The notes under the pieces: generated by a model | What the model saw: the letters and a program-made list of their open reading frames with translations, nothing else | What the model was told of the DNA's origin: nothing | Databases searched by the model: none | Part shown: positions 18,098-30,345 of the stretch, piece after piece | How the letters are laid out: every line of letters starts with the position of its first letter | Numbering within the stretch: the first letter of the stretch is position 1 | Position numbers and translations under genes: made by a program | Assembly: GCF_009914755.1 (NCBI RefSeq) | Contig: NC_060934.1 | Strand: one strand, 5' to 3' | From: the human T2T-CHM13v2.0 reference genome, Homo sapiens | Length of the DNA: 64,000 bases

Positions 18098-19299
18098 AAA
18101 AGTGTCATAATTTTAAGCACATCAGTGCCTCTGAATGCACGTGTCTTCCCTAGTCAATCCTGCCATAACTAAAAACACTCACACATTTAAAATTTCTGTG
18201 TTATTATCTAACCATCAGGTGCTTTGCATTGTAATTAGTGTTTACAGACATCATCATTATAAACATTGTAAACACAGATCAATATGATGGTCTTATCATT
18301 AACATGTTTGTGATCAACCAACTGCAAGGTTAAAGCATTGAATTAAACTCAATATCTTAACCATTTATTTAAGCAAAAGGCAACTCAATCTGAATAAAAT
18401 GCATTTTTACCATGCCATTTGAGAAGGCTATGTTTTCCAGTGGGACTACTTATATTTGTTCCAAACTAGAATCAATCATACTGACATGGAAGGTTGTCAT
18501 CAACTTCTCTCTCATAATGTGAATTTCACCATAAGACATTTCTGAAACTGAGCTTGACAGAAGAGTCAAGCAACTTCTTATTTTAGGTTTTATTTACTTG
18601 TAGTTTTCATTTATTGTTTCTAGTCAAAACACCACTTTTTCTGGATTCAAAAAAAACATTCTTACTCATAAATACATAGACCTACTATGTACCCACAAAA
18701 ATTAAAAATAAAATAAAGAATTTTTTTCTGACCTCAAAAAAAATTCTTAGATTTTCTTTAAAGCCAGCAGGTTTGTTTTTCAAACACTACATCATGATCT
18801 TGGTTTTGTATAATTTATTGCTCAGTTTTTTTGAACAGATGACAATAATATTTGAGCTTATTTGCATTGACACAGTGATAAAAATTCATCTCTGAAATAA
18901 CATTCTAAGAACACCTATGCATTCTGGATCGGTGGCTGCTGCTGCTTTTGGCTGTGTTTGAAGTGCCTTCTGCAACGTCAGCTTCAGTGTCAGAACTGCA
19001 CAGACAAAGGCATGTCTGTCTTAATCCTCAGCAACTCCAGGAAGCTCCAAATGTCTTCATTACCTGGCATATTTTCACTCATTTCAAGCTTAGGCTTCTA
19101 ACTTCCCTTTTAAAAGTAATCTGTTTCAAGTTCTCAACTGAAAACATAATTTTAAAAATTATAATGGTTTAATTGGGAAAATGAAGAATGGTACTAACTC
19201 AGCAAAAGCCTGATTTACAGTCCTTTTTGTCATGAGAATTCATTGCAGCTGGAACCAGACAAAGTTGCATTTTGATAAACAAAATCTTGAGCCAACGCA

Positions 19300-19440
19300 C
19301 AATGGCAGGAAGCTAAACTGACTTGTGTGGGCCAGTTTTATTTTCTATAATCAAACACTGGCTCAGGAAGTGACGCATTCACTTTAAAAATGGCTTCTAG
19401 TTCAGGATTTTGCACTGAGAACATATTTTTACTTCCTCAA
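19300..19440. promoter_or_regulatory. Candidate enhancer: ETS site cluster with an ETS-CRE/AP-1 composite
   Basis: CAGGAAGTGACGCA at 19364-19377, plus GGCAGGAAGC and TTACTTCCTC within 140 bp. Confidence 0.35.
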
Positions 19441-19522
19441 AATAAACTTCCAATGACAGTTTTTTTAAAAGCAGAAAAAGGAATAAATTCTTAAAAATTT
19501 ACACCTTAAAATGGCAAATAAT

Positions 19523-19557
19523 ATCATTTATTGGCCTTTTGGCTAAGACCAAGTGTA
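19523..19557 (+). pseudogene. 3'-truncated U2 snRNA retropseudogene (first ~35 nt)
   Basis: atcatttattggccttttggctaagaccaagtgta versus U2 ATCGCTTCTCGGCCTTTTGGCTAAGATCAAGTGTA: 30/35 identity, two differences at CpGs. Degenerate TSD aaaatggcaaataa / aaaacggcaagtga at a TT/AAAA site. Confidence 0.88.
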
Positions 19558-20257
19558 AAACGGCAAGTGAAGAACAAGGAACTCCTAAACCCATCACCTT
19601 TTAGTTTTTTAAGGTTGTCAGGGGGCTCCTTGTGGCTGACCCTTAACTAAGTCATGTTTTTTGATGAACAAATCATTGATGGAACACAACTTCTTCTAGA
19701 AGGTGAACTGATTGGCAAGAGCCAATAGCATTTTCTGATTCAACAGCAGCCCATAAGTGACGATCTCATGGCTTCTTAAACCTCCACTTTCAGTTCAACA
19801 TGGGACCCTGATCCACGCATTTGCCTCCCTCCAATAGTGATCACACTTAACTGAAAGAAAAAGGTCACACACTCATGGGGACAATTCAGTGGGCCAAAGA
19901 CTTTGATGAACCTCTGGATGATCTAAGCCAGAGGGCTCCTACTTCAGATCACACTTAGGGAGCTAGAACCAAGGGGCAATGTGCTTTTCACAGCAGATAG
20001 CTCCAAGCTCAGTTAGGAGCTGGAGGCAGGGGCAGAGGTTCAAAGGCATGGGTCTTAGGGCAGGACCATCTGTGCATGGGGTTGATCCCACTTTCTCCAT
20101 GAGCCCTGCTGCACCCCACCTTCCAAATCACAAAACTGAGACTCCCTACCCTAACAAAAAAGAATCATCAGCAGGAGAGGAGTTTGGCTTTAAACTCTAA
20201 CTGAGCACCTACTAGAGTCAGGCACATGCTAAGAGCAGGGGTTAAGAAAAGCTGATT

Positions 20258-20650
20258 AACACATACACCATGGAATTCTATGCAGCCATAAAAAATGATG
20301 AGTTCATGTCCTTTGTAGGGACATGGATGAAATTGGAAATCATCGTTCTCAGTAAACTATCGCAAGAACAAAAAACCAAACACCGCATATTCTCACTCGT
20401 AGGTGGGAACTGAACAATGAGAACACATGGACACAGGAAGGGGAACATCACACTCTGGGGACTGTTGTGGGGTGGGGGGAGGGGGGAGGGATAGCATTGG
20501 GAGATATACCTAATGCTAGATGACGAGTTGGTGGGTGCAGCGCACCAGCATGGCACATGTATACATATGTAACTAACCTGCACATTGTGCACATGTACCC
20601 TAAAACTTAAAGTATAATAATAATAAATAAAAAATAAAAAATAAAAAAGA
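20258..20650 (+). mobile_element. 5'-truncated L1PA2-like element (ORF2 end and 3' UTR)
   Basis: 3' UTR gggagatatacctaatgctagatgacGAGtt (not the L1HS ACA/ACG). G-rich tract, A tail, perfect 14-bp TSD aagaaaagctgatt (20244-20257, 20651-20664). Confidence 0.93.
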
Positions 20651-22244
20651 AAGAAAAGCTGATTCTGATCACACTGGCTTCATCCTGTGCAGCTCTCTGT
20701 GGGCCCCCTTTAAGGCTCTGAGCAGTCACAGCGGATTTAGCAACTAGGAGCCACCGCCCACCCTCGATTTCAGAGCAGTAAACCACTGAAATACAGCAAG
20801 AGATTCTCCAAACACGATCTATTTCTAATGAACCAATTGAGCCATCTGTTGGGTACCTTTTTAACCACTGCCAACCAGCCAAGAAGCTCTCTCTCCAAAT
20901 TTATATGCGTCAAGGGTTACTGGGCCATGCCAATCAGCAAAGAGCTCAGAAAACTTGACTCGCTTTAGAAAATTGAAGGACTCTTATAAAAGAATTTTGT
21001 GCTCTGCCCATCTGTTTTGGGGGAACTTAAAACATCCCATGACATGAATAATGATTAACCAGGAACTTATCACTAATTATGATTACACTGTCGGAATCCA
21101 CTTTGATTTTCCTGTGTTTGAATTTATCACACTGCAGCGCTCTAGTCTGTCCCACAGTCTTCAGTGAGCTCTCAGTCCTCACTGAAAGCTCCGTGGAAAG
21201 CAGGCAACGTGTTTCCCTCCTCACTGAGACTCAGCTCCCAATCCACTTGGTTTTCAGACAGCCTCTGAGATAATTTGGGCACCTCAGGACAAATCCAGAG
21301 GGAAAAAGAAGTTCTACCTTCCCAGAGCATCTTTGTATGCGAAAGAGACTTAAAATTTCTGTTGTTAAAACTATGAAACCAACACAAAACTGTGTTGCAC
21401 ATATTCCCCTTGGCTCAATTCCTAAAGAAATGTGCTGTGTCTTAACCCTCCTCACTGGGGTTGGTTTGAAGATGGCCTGAGGCTGGTCTCACTTTGATCC
21501 TTTACGGCACTTAGTTTCCTGGAGTGGGGCTCCAAGTCACTTAAGGAGTGCTGTCAGATGGTATTAGAAAATAAGGATTTCTTGTTTGTTTGCCTTGTCT
21601 TGTTTGTTTGCTTAGTGAGAGAAAGTAGAGTGTGTTTGGTGATTGTGTGTTTATGGAACAACCCAGCGGATGAGGAGATCTGGTAACTGGGAGAGAGTGT
21701 GGTGTGGAGCACCCCCTCCTGAGTGGTGAGGGAGGCCTGCAGTGCACCAGGCGGTGGTGCTGGCTTCAGATGAGGCACAGGCGGTTCATCCGTGGAGACG
21801 TGAATGGTCTTCCTGATAAGGTGTGTGCAACTGTGGAAATTAAACAACAGCGCAAAGTTTGTGTCTTGCGTGGGCGTGGAGGATGCTACATTTCCTCCTG
21901 ATCTCCAACTGCAGTGTTTGGTTGTGATTCTGATTTCTGCCTTGAGTTTTCTCGGGAGGTACAAGGACTCCCCTGTATCTGATTTGGTGATGTAGAAGAT
22001 GGTGGTGACCTTGCAACATGAGCCCAGCTTGTGTGGGTTTTTGGTTTTTATTTATAATGAGTAAATGTTTTCTTCAGAGTAAATTTACAGAAGCTACGAG
22101 AAATATTATTCATGGCTAAAATATGGATGTTTTCCAATAAACAATTGGGAAGATGGAATTGCCATTCTCAAGGTGGGGAAGACCATGGACAAAGCAAGAA
22201 AGGAGGAGGAGGAGACCAGGAATTTTGCTTGTGGAAAAATTTAG

Positions 22245-23085
22245 TAAGAAGGCAACCTGAAAAAGCTACATACCACATGATTCTAACTATATTACATTCT
22301 AGAAATGGCAAAACTATGGAGACAGTAAAATGATTAGTGTTTGCCAGGGACCAGGGGGAGTGGAGGATGAATAGGTGGAGCCCAGGGGACTTTTAGGACA
22401 GTGAAACCAATCTATATGATTCTACAATGGTGGATCCATGGCATTATATATCTGTCAAAACCAGTAGAATGTATACCACCAAGAGTGAACCCTAATGTAA
22501 ACTGTGGACACATAATGATGTGTCCATGTAGCTTGATACATTGTAACAAATATAAAACCCTGGTGGAGGATGTTGATAATGGGGAGGGCTGTGCATTTGT
22601 CAGGGGATGGAAGTATGTAGTTGTATTAGTTCATTTTCATACTGCTGTAAAGAACTGCGTGAGACAGGGTGATTTATAAAGGAAAGAGGTTTAATTGGCT
22701 CACAGTTCAGCGTGGCTGGGGAGACCTCAGGAAACTTACAATCATGGCAGAAGACAAAAGGGAAGCAAGACACCTTCTTCACATGGTGGCAGGAGGGAGA
22801 AGTGCCAAGTGAAGGGGGGAATCCCCCTATAAAACCATCAGATCTCGTGAGAACTCACTTGCTATCACGAGAACAGCATGAGGGGAACCACTGCCATAAT
22901 TCAATTACCTCCACCTGGTCTCTCCCTTGACATGTGGGATTGTGGGGACTATGGGGATTACAATTCAAGATGAGATTTGGGTGGGGACACAAACCCTAAC
23001 CATATTAGTGGTAACTCTTCCTTCTGTTCAATTTTTTTGCGAACCTAGAACTACTCTAAAAAAATAAAGTCTACTACAAAAAGAA
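22245..23085 (+). mobile_element. L1MC-type 3' end split by a THE1 LTR
   Basis: ggcaaaactatggagacagtaaaatgattagtg...aagagtgaaccctaatgtaaac; resumes after 23008 to ctaaaaaaataaagtcta. Confidence 0.8.
22622..23007 (-). mobile_element. THE1C/D solo LTR (MaLR)
   Basis: tgtattagttcattttcatactgct...gatgagatttgggtggggacaca...ccatatta; 5-bp TSD gtagt/gtggt. Confidence 0.92.
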
Positions 23086-24084
23086 AAAGGAAAGAAAGAA
23101 AGGAAAGAGAAATATGCAGTCAATTATTTACTAAATTCAATTTTTTAAAATTTAGCAAATATATCACAAAAAATTATCCACATTAAAAAAGGCAAATAGC
23201 TCAATATAAAAATACGTATAAATATTTAACAGACAATTCATTTATTTAGAAAAGGTAAAGGGGAAATAAACCAATGAAAAATTGGATCTTCATAATTAGG
23301 AAATTCTATATAAGACATTAATGGGCACACATTTCTGTCCCTATTTGATTGACCAAATTAAAAAGGGGAGGGAGAGAGAATATCAAGTGCTGGTGAGGAT
23401 GTGGTAACTGGGCAGTTTCACAGATTATTTAAGGAAATATTAATTGATAGAGATCCAGGATATGTTTTGGAAGCTAGTTTGTGTTACTAAATCACTTGGG
23501 ATAAAACGTCTTCACAGTAATTTTGATCTTCATGTTTTCTTGAACTCCTGTGAGGTAACTTTGTGAGAAGGAAGATTTCCTTTCAATTAGTTGCTCTGTT
23601 AGTCAGATAGAGCCTGCCTGCAGATAAAACACTAAGTTAAATTCTAAAAATAAATGTGAATCTTTTCTTTACTTTGCCAGATTCAATTCTATTAAACAAG
23701 CCATTGGGACATCAGAGAAACTCAGTGGCTGGAGGGGATTGTAATATTGTCCATTACAATCCAGAAATGGCACATTCTCGAACCTCCCACCGTTGGTCAA
23801 GAGGGCTTTGCAAGCGGGCACAGAAGCAAGTGAGGTTTGGGGTTAAGTCTGGAAGCAATCACTGTCTGTTGCTGCTGCTGCTCCTGCTGCTGACAGGTCT
23901 AGAGGAGGTAGGTGTCTAATCATTGTGAAGTGGAGACAGCCCTTCCCCGTGCGACACCAGGAAAGAGTCTAAATTGCCCTGTTCTCCACAAGCCATTTTC
24001 ATTAGATAGATGTCTAATTCTCCTAGTGGGCACGTGGCCCTGGCGGTCTTATAAAGCCCAGGGTGTGCAGACAGAGTTCCCCCA

Positions 24085-24225
24085 GTGAGACTCTAAGTTC
24101 TGTATCATCCCTGGATTTCTAGACTTATTACAGTGTCTGGCGTAGAAATCACAGAGGCATAAAGAAGCCACTAAACTAATTTCTAATAAATAAATGGATG
24201 GGTGGGTGGATGGATGGATGGACAG
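24085..24225 (+). mobile_element. L2 3' end with (GGAT)n-like tail
   Basis: gactctaagttc...acagtgtctggcgtag...aaatggatgggtgggtggatggatggatgg. Confidence 0.5.
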
Positions 24226-25646
24226 ATGATACCATCAAAAGACAGAATGAATCTCTCACTGCATAGCAAAATTGGTTTTAAATAGCCCAAGGAAAAAACT
24301 GGTTCCAAAGAAGTGTTGAAGGACCTATGCTTAGGAAAAACAAACACACAAACAAAAAACAACAAAAAACCCCCAACAACAACAACAACAAAAGACCCAG
24401 GTAAGTAATCAATTAAAAGAGGACCCTTCAATGATCAATTCTGATACTTGAAAAAGCTCAAGCTTAAACGTGTTTTTGCATTGAAAATGTGTCTGTGAAC
24501 CAGTATTTCCCGTATTCTGCAGATTTCATTATAAAGGCATTTCTTATTTTTAAATAATCAGATAAAACAAAAAGATTTTATTTTGACTTCTCAGACTCCT
24601 AACTTGTTTTCAGAAAAATGCTGGCAATGGCTATTTTAATTCTTATTATTTTACAGAGGAAAGCAAGCTGAAATTTGGAGGTTATCCTGAAGCAAATGAC
24701 ATTTCTTTCCTGGCCTTATTAGTTAGATGATGAATCTAGTGTCCCGTGTGTGAGGCAAATTCAATGTAAAGGCTGATTGAAAATGCTTCCTGCGTCGTTA
24801 ACCACAACACCTTTCTCACTGCCTGTGGTGATACTTGCAGGGCACAAATGAAGGATATGTGAGCAATTCCTAGACATGTTGCACTTCTCTGAGATTTACA
24901 GCTCTGAACCTTCAGTAGAAATTTGTGGAGCAAACTCTAACCAAACTTTGCAATATCAAATTTTTACAATGTTAGTATAAATAAAAAGAAACTCAAGTGA
25001 AAATAAATAGGCAGCTTCGGTTTCTTCCCTCCTTTTTCAAAATAAATGGTCTTGCGAAGGAAAACTCGAAGAATTAAAGCCAAAATAAGATATTCTTCTC
25101 ATAGGCTGTCTCTGGCCTTGGAAATTGTTTGTTTGATAAAAGAGCATGGAGAGAGGAAATGGACAGGGTGAATGCTTTGCAAAAGGTGGGTGTTAAGTAA
25201 GCATATGTTTGTTAGACTTAAAAATATTTTTTGGACCCCTTTTAAACAAAGCATTTTTAAAACTAAATTTTAGCATCTTTGTTTTTATCAAAGTTATGGA
25301 AATTAAATTTTCTCTTCTCCAAATTAGGGGAATATTCAGGCTAACGTGTGAAGCATGCAAAGTGAATACCTGGTACAAAGTGGAGAATGCCTGGTACAAA
25401 GATTTTCACTGGAGTTGAAAGCTTGGGATAGAAAGTAGAGCCTCAGCTGACAAAGACTATGGAGTATGGGAGGAGGTGTGTGTGGGCACTTCCACTTCCC
25501 ATTCCAGGTGGAAGTTCAGAACACCTGGTCACCTAAAAGGAGTGCAGCATAACATGTATGTAACAATCACCCTATGTTTCAATGTACAGTTTTTGGTCCC
25601 CAGTCGAAACATTCTACCACATGTAACTTTAACATTTACCTTTGAC

Positions 25647-26206
25647 AAGAACTAAAAGTAGATCTACCATTCCATTCATCAATCCCCTACTGGTATCTAC
25701 TCAAAATAAATTAAAAAAATCACTATATCAAAGAGAAATCTCCTTGTGCATGTTCATCACAGCACAGTTCACAATTGCAAAGATATGGAATCACCTAAGC
25801 GCCCATAAATTGATGAGTGGATAAAGAAAATGTGATATATATATATATAATGTCTCACAGAATACTACTGAACCACAAAAATTAGCACTATAAGGTCTTT
25901 TGCAGCAACTTAGATGGAATTGGAGGCCATTATCCTAAGTGAAGTAACTCAGGAATGGAAAACTAAGTATCACATATCTCATAAGTGGGAGCTAAGTTAT
26001 GGTATGCAAAGGCATACAGAGTGGTATAATGAACACTGGAGACTCAGAAGGGAAGGGTGGGCAGGGGGTGAAGGATGAGAAATTACTGATTGGGTACAAT
26101 GTACACTATTTGCATGACCCAGACACTAAGAGCTTAGACTTCACCATGATACAATTCATCCATGTAACCAAACCCCCCAGAACCCCTAAAGGTATTGAAA
26201 TAAAAA
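25647..26206 (+). mobile_element. L1PB (PB3/4-like) 3' end
   Basis: aagaactaaaagtagatctaccatt...aaaggcatacagagtggtataatg...gacttcaccatgatacaattcatccatgtaacc. Confidence 0.88.
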
Positions 26207-27544
26207 ATTTATCTTTAACAAATCATGCCTTTTCTTATAAAATCAATTGAAAGTAAACAAAAATGTATGCATCTTTTGCTAAATGGAAAGAAGCCAGACA
26301 GATTATAAATAACATTCAAGATTATATTGAAATTAATTTGATAGTTTAATTATCAAATAATAATATACGAATCAAAGCCAAAATTCACAACTTAAAATAC
26401 GTTTAAGGTAATATATTTATAAAAAACATTAAATGATTATATCCTTAAGCGGTTTCTTATGACTATGTATTTTTGAGAATAACTTCGATGAGTGAAGATT
26501 GTCAGGAAATCTTATTCCAGAGAGAATTGGCAAGGAGAGGAATTTCTTGTGTCTGATCTGGGCCAAGCCTCAATTCCACATCACCCCTTTCTCTCTGCAC
26601 CACACCCCATTCCTGTCTCAGTCTGCCTCATCCCCTGGGGTCTTCAGAGGGCACAGTCTGGGGTTGGCTCATCAAAAAGCAGATTCACTATTTATTAATT
26701 AATTGTAAACATTATAAGCAAGGACATTCCTAACATAGATGCAGTTTAAAAACATAACTTTTGGAAAAATAAAATATTTGCTCTTCAGTGTAGGCTAAAA
26801 AATACATATTGGTTATCAGTCTCTTTAGTTACTTAAGGAGTGAACCCACTTTAGGTTCTTTGTCATAAGCCCCTTTTGTACTAAATTAGTTCTCTCTTAT
26901 ATCAGAGAAAAAATGGTAGCTACTGTTTCAGGACAGCTCTTCAGTAAAAGCACCCACCACTAATTGTGTGGTACTTCAAATTGTAGGAGGGGAAATATTC
27001 TAAAATTAATAATTGCTTAAAATGTAAGACCTCCTTAAGAGTGACGAATGATTTCCATATCCATTCATGTATTTTTCTTTCTCTCAAAGTCAATAAAGCT
27101 GCTTTCATGCCGGACATGTGGAATCACTTCATCCCTGCATCTGTTTATTGCACATCATTGACAATTCTTAAAATACCAAAGGTTTTCCTTTGTCTCACTG
27201 CCATACGGAAAGTGAATTTTCTAAATGAAAATGGATCACACTGTTGGTTATAAGTATAAACAAACAGTTAAAACATATCTATTGTCTGTGTGTGTGCAAG
27301 TATGTGTGTTTTTAGCCACAAGACTAGAAACACTGAGATTATTTGGTGCAAGGCTCCATAACATGGTGCTTTCTCCACCACGCCCTTGTGGAAAATCTGC
27401 ATCTGTGTTAACTTCTAGAACAGCCGGAAAGCTGGCTTGCATTCCCGAAGACCAAGCTGAGCAAGAGAATTAGAAAATTAAGCTTTCATCTCAATTTTTA
27501 TTTCAGAGTTAGATCTTTATGTGTTCTTTTTAGACACCGTTTTT

Positions 27545-28274
27545 GTTTCTTTTTTTATTTTATTTTAAGTTCTGGGATACATGTGCAGAATATACAGGTT
27601 TGTTATATAGGTATACATGTGCCATGGTGGTTTGCTGCACCTATCAACCCATCATCTAGGTTTTAAGCCTGATATGCATTCGGTATTTGTCCTAATGCTC
27701 TCCCTCCTCTTGCCCCCAACCCCCCAACAGGCCCCAGCGTGTGATGTTCCCCTCCCTGTGTCCATGCGTTCTCATTGTTTAACTCCCACTTATGAGTGAG
27801 AACATGCGATGTTTGGTTTTCTCTTCCTGTGTTAGTTTGCTGAGAAGGATGGTTTCCAGCTTCATCCATGTCTCTGCAAAGGACATGAACTCATTCTTTT
27901 TTATGGCTACATAGTATTCCATGATGTATATGTGCCACATTTTATTTATTCAGTCTATCATTGATGGTCATTTGAGTTGGTTCCAAGTCTTTGCTATTGT
28001 AAATAGTGCTGCAATAAACATACATGTGCATGGGTCTTTATAGTAGAATGATTTATAATACTTTGGGTATATGCCCAGTAATGGGATTGCTGGGTCAAAT
28101 GGTATTTCTAGTTCTAGATCTTTGAGTAATTGCCACACTGTCTTCCACAATGGTTGAACTAATTTACATTCCCACCAACAGTGTAAAAGCATTCCTATTT
28201 CTCCACAGCCTCGCCAACATCTGTTTTTTCCTAACTTTTTAATGATTGTCATTCTAACTGGCATGAGATGGTAT
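27545..28274 (-). mobile_element. 5'-truncated L1PA7/8-like element
   Basis: ORF 27968-28264 is the L1 ORF2 C-terminus (CWRGCGEIG..LHCWWECKLVQPLWKTVW); 3' UTR ctaggttttaagcc. Degenerate TSD tagacaccgt/tagataccat. Confidence 0.93.
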
Positions 28275-28654
28275 TAGATACCATATTCTATTTTGCCTCT
28301 AGATGAAGTGCCTGCATTATCAGTAAAATAAAATGAAGACTGAGTGACATTTTGAAGACTGTTAAATGAACAGAAGATAATTAAAAACAAAACATCACTA
28401 AACAAGGCTTTGTCTGTATCCAAGTCACAATTCCCTGGATGGAGCAGTACTCAGGGCACGTGAGTTCTGGTACTGGGGCTCCATCTCCAGCTGGCCCATC
28501 CAGGGCACAGTTCTCCATGATTGCACACCACGCTGCCTTCATATATAAGATGAAGATGCTAATACCTAACCTAGGGGCTGTCATGATGTTTAAACAAAAT
28601 TGCTTAGCACAGAGTCAGTTCCACAGTAAGTTCTCAATAATGATAGTTAATTCT

Positions 28655-28735
28655 TGAACTCCTGGCCTCAAGTGATCCTCCTGCCTCGGCCTCCCAAAGT
28701 GCTGAGATTACAGGCGTGAGCCACCGCATCTGGCC
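28655..28735 (-). mobile_element. Tailless 3'-truncated Alu (first ~84 nt) at the end of a MIR
   Basis: Alu 5' end through the B box, no poly(A). Perfect 18-bp direct repeat ataatgatagttaattct at 28637-28654 and 28739-28756. Confidence 0.9.
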
Positions 28736-29899
28736 GTGATAATGATAGTTAATTCTATTGATAAGACTGCTTAAGCAATCAAAGCGTGTCCATGTTACAG
28801 GAAGCAAAGTTGTAAAGAGGATTCCTGAGCCATACTTCTATCCCAAGACCAGAAGTGGGCTTTGGGGATACTAAGTTATGTGTTTTCCACAGATAAACTT
28901 TGGATGGACTTAGATATGAATTTAAGTGATTCACACCAGCCCATGTATTTCCCTAATCTGCTGGGCAGAAGGTTCCCTCTTTACAAAAGGACAAAATTCT
29001 GTGTTTCAGATACATTTTTATACAAGAAAAAGGCATAAGAGAAGGGAGATAGAGTCTGGATACAACACTGTGTTGTTCAGTTAGAATGGGAGCTGGGAAA
29101 TTGGGTTTTGTCAATTATTCAATTGTATGATTGAAAAAAATCTGCTATATGAACAGGCTTCAAAACAACCACCGGATGCAAAGTCCATTTCAAGCAATTC
29201 AGGAGGGTGTGTTATGGGTGGGAGAGAGAGATACCCTGTTTCCTTTTAAGAAGATTAGCTGATAAATCTGGAAGGGATCTTAGCAAAGTGGGCATCCTAA
29301 TGCTGAGTAAAGAGGAAGCTCTGGTGGGATTCTCACCTTGGAAGGTGTTGATCCAGTAACTGACCCATTTGTAAGGAATGGGTCAGGGATCCTTCCATGG
29401 CCTTCTTTAGATGGGGCCCCTTACTCTATTTCTTCATCCTTTTCTGTGTTTGAGCTGAAAAGAAGGAAAGTTGTAGGACCTGAGATCTTTGCATGTTTTA
29501 GGGAGACAGTCCCAGGGAAGGGTGCTCCACACAAAAAGTAGTTTTGACAAACAGGAAGCAATCTTGCTGCAATGGAGAAGGAGCAATTCCCACAGCTGTG
29601 GTTCCCAACTTCACTGCTGGGCTTTTGGCTACCTGATGTATACAAGGAAGAAATTGAAGATTTTTCTGTAGGTCAGAATGGGGGAAACCAAAGTCATATT
29701 AAATGATAATAGGTGGCATCTGGAGAACTTGCAAGAGGATGTAACAGACACATCCTAATTGCACAGCTTTTAATGTTGCCCCATATGGCATTTCTTTGCT
29801 TATGACTGGACAGACAAAGATATTGAGCCAATTGCATGTTTAAATGCTGAGGTAACGTGTTGTTTTTATTTGCTTGGCGTGGGTTGTGCATGCTCCTTC

Positions 29900-30345
29900 T
29901 TCTGGTAACAATGCTAACTGCCCCTCACCCACTCAGCCTGATTACTCTCTGCCTTGCCATGGAGTGGATGTTAGACGCAGGTCTGGTAAATCCTAGTTTC
30001 CAAATGCCAGCAAAGTGACTGCCCAGGTTTGGGTACATGGCCAAGGCAGCCCACTCTAAGGTGTGCCATAGGAAATTGGCAGGGAGAAGCTGGCTGGCTA
30101 TGTGACCAAAGCTGCTGGTGTCCATGTCCCCACCACCTGGAGGAGCCTGAGAGGTGAGAACAACACAGGGACAGAGGCCCCATGGAGATGAAGAGAGATG
30201 AACAGAGAAAGCAGAACCTGATGGCTCAATTTGAACCTCTGGGTCAATGGTGCCTGAGACCTTCTCCAGCCCATCCTTCCCAATTATATTGGCCAATAAA
30301 TCCTGCTTTTTGCTTAAGCTAATTTGAGTTGGGACTCCTCCTCAT
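29900..30345 (+). mobile_element. MLT1-family MaLR LTR relic(s)
   Basis: ttgaacctctgggtcaatggtgcctgagac...ggccaataaatcctgctttttgcttaagctaatttgagttggg is a typical MLT1 3' end. Confidence 0.7.

Noticed and set aside
21554-21995. Cluster of ORFs in a moderately GC-rich segment
   Set aside because: No convincing acceptor-donor pair or recognisable protein similarity.
24015-24050. CTCF-like motif
   Set aside because: Too many mismatches to the core to call by eye.
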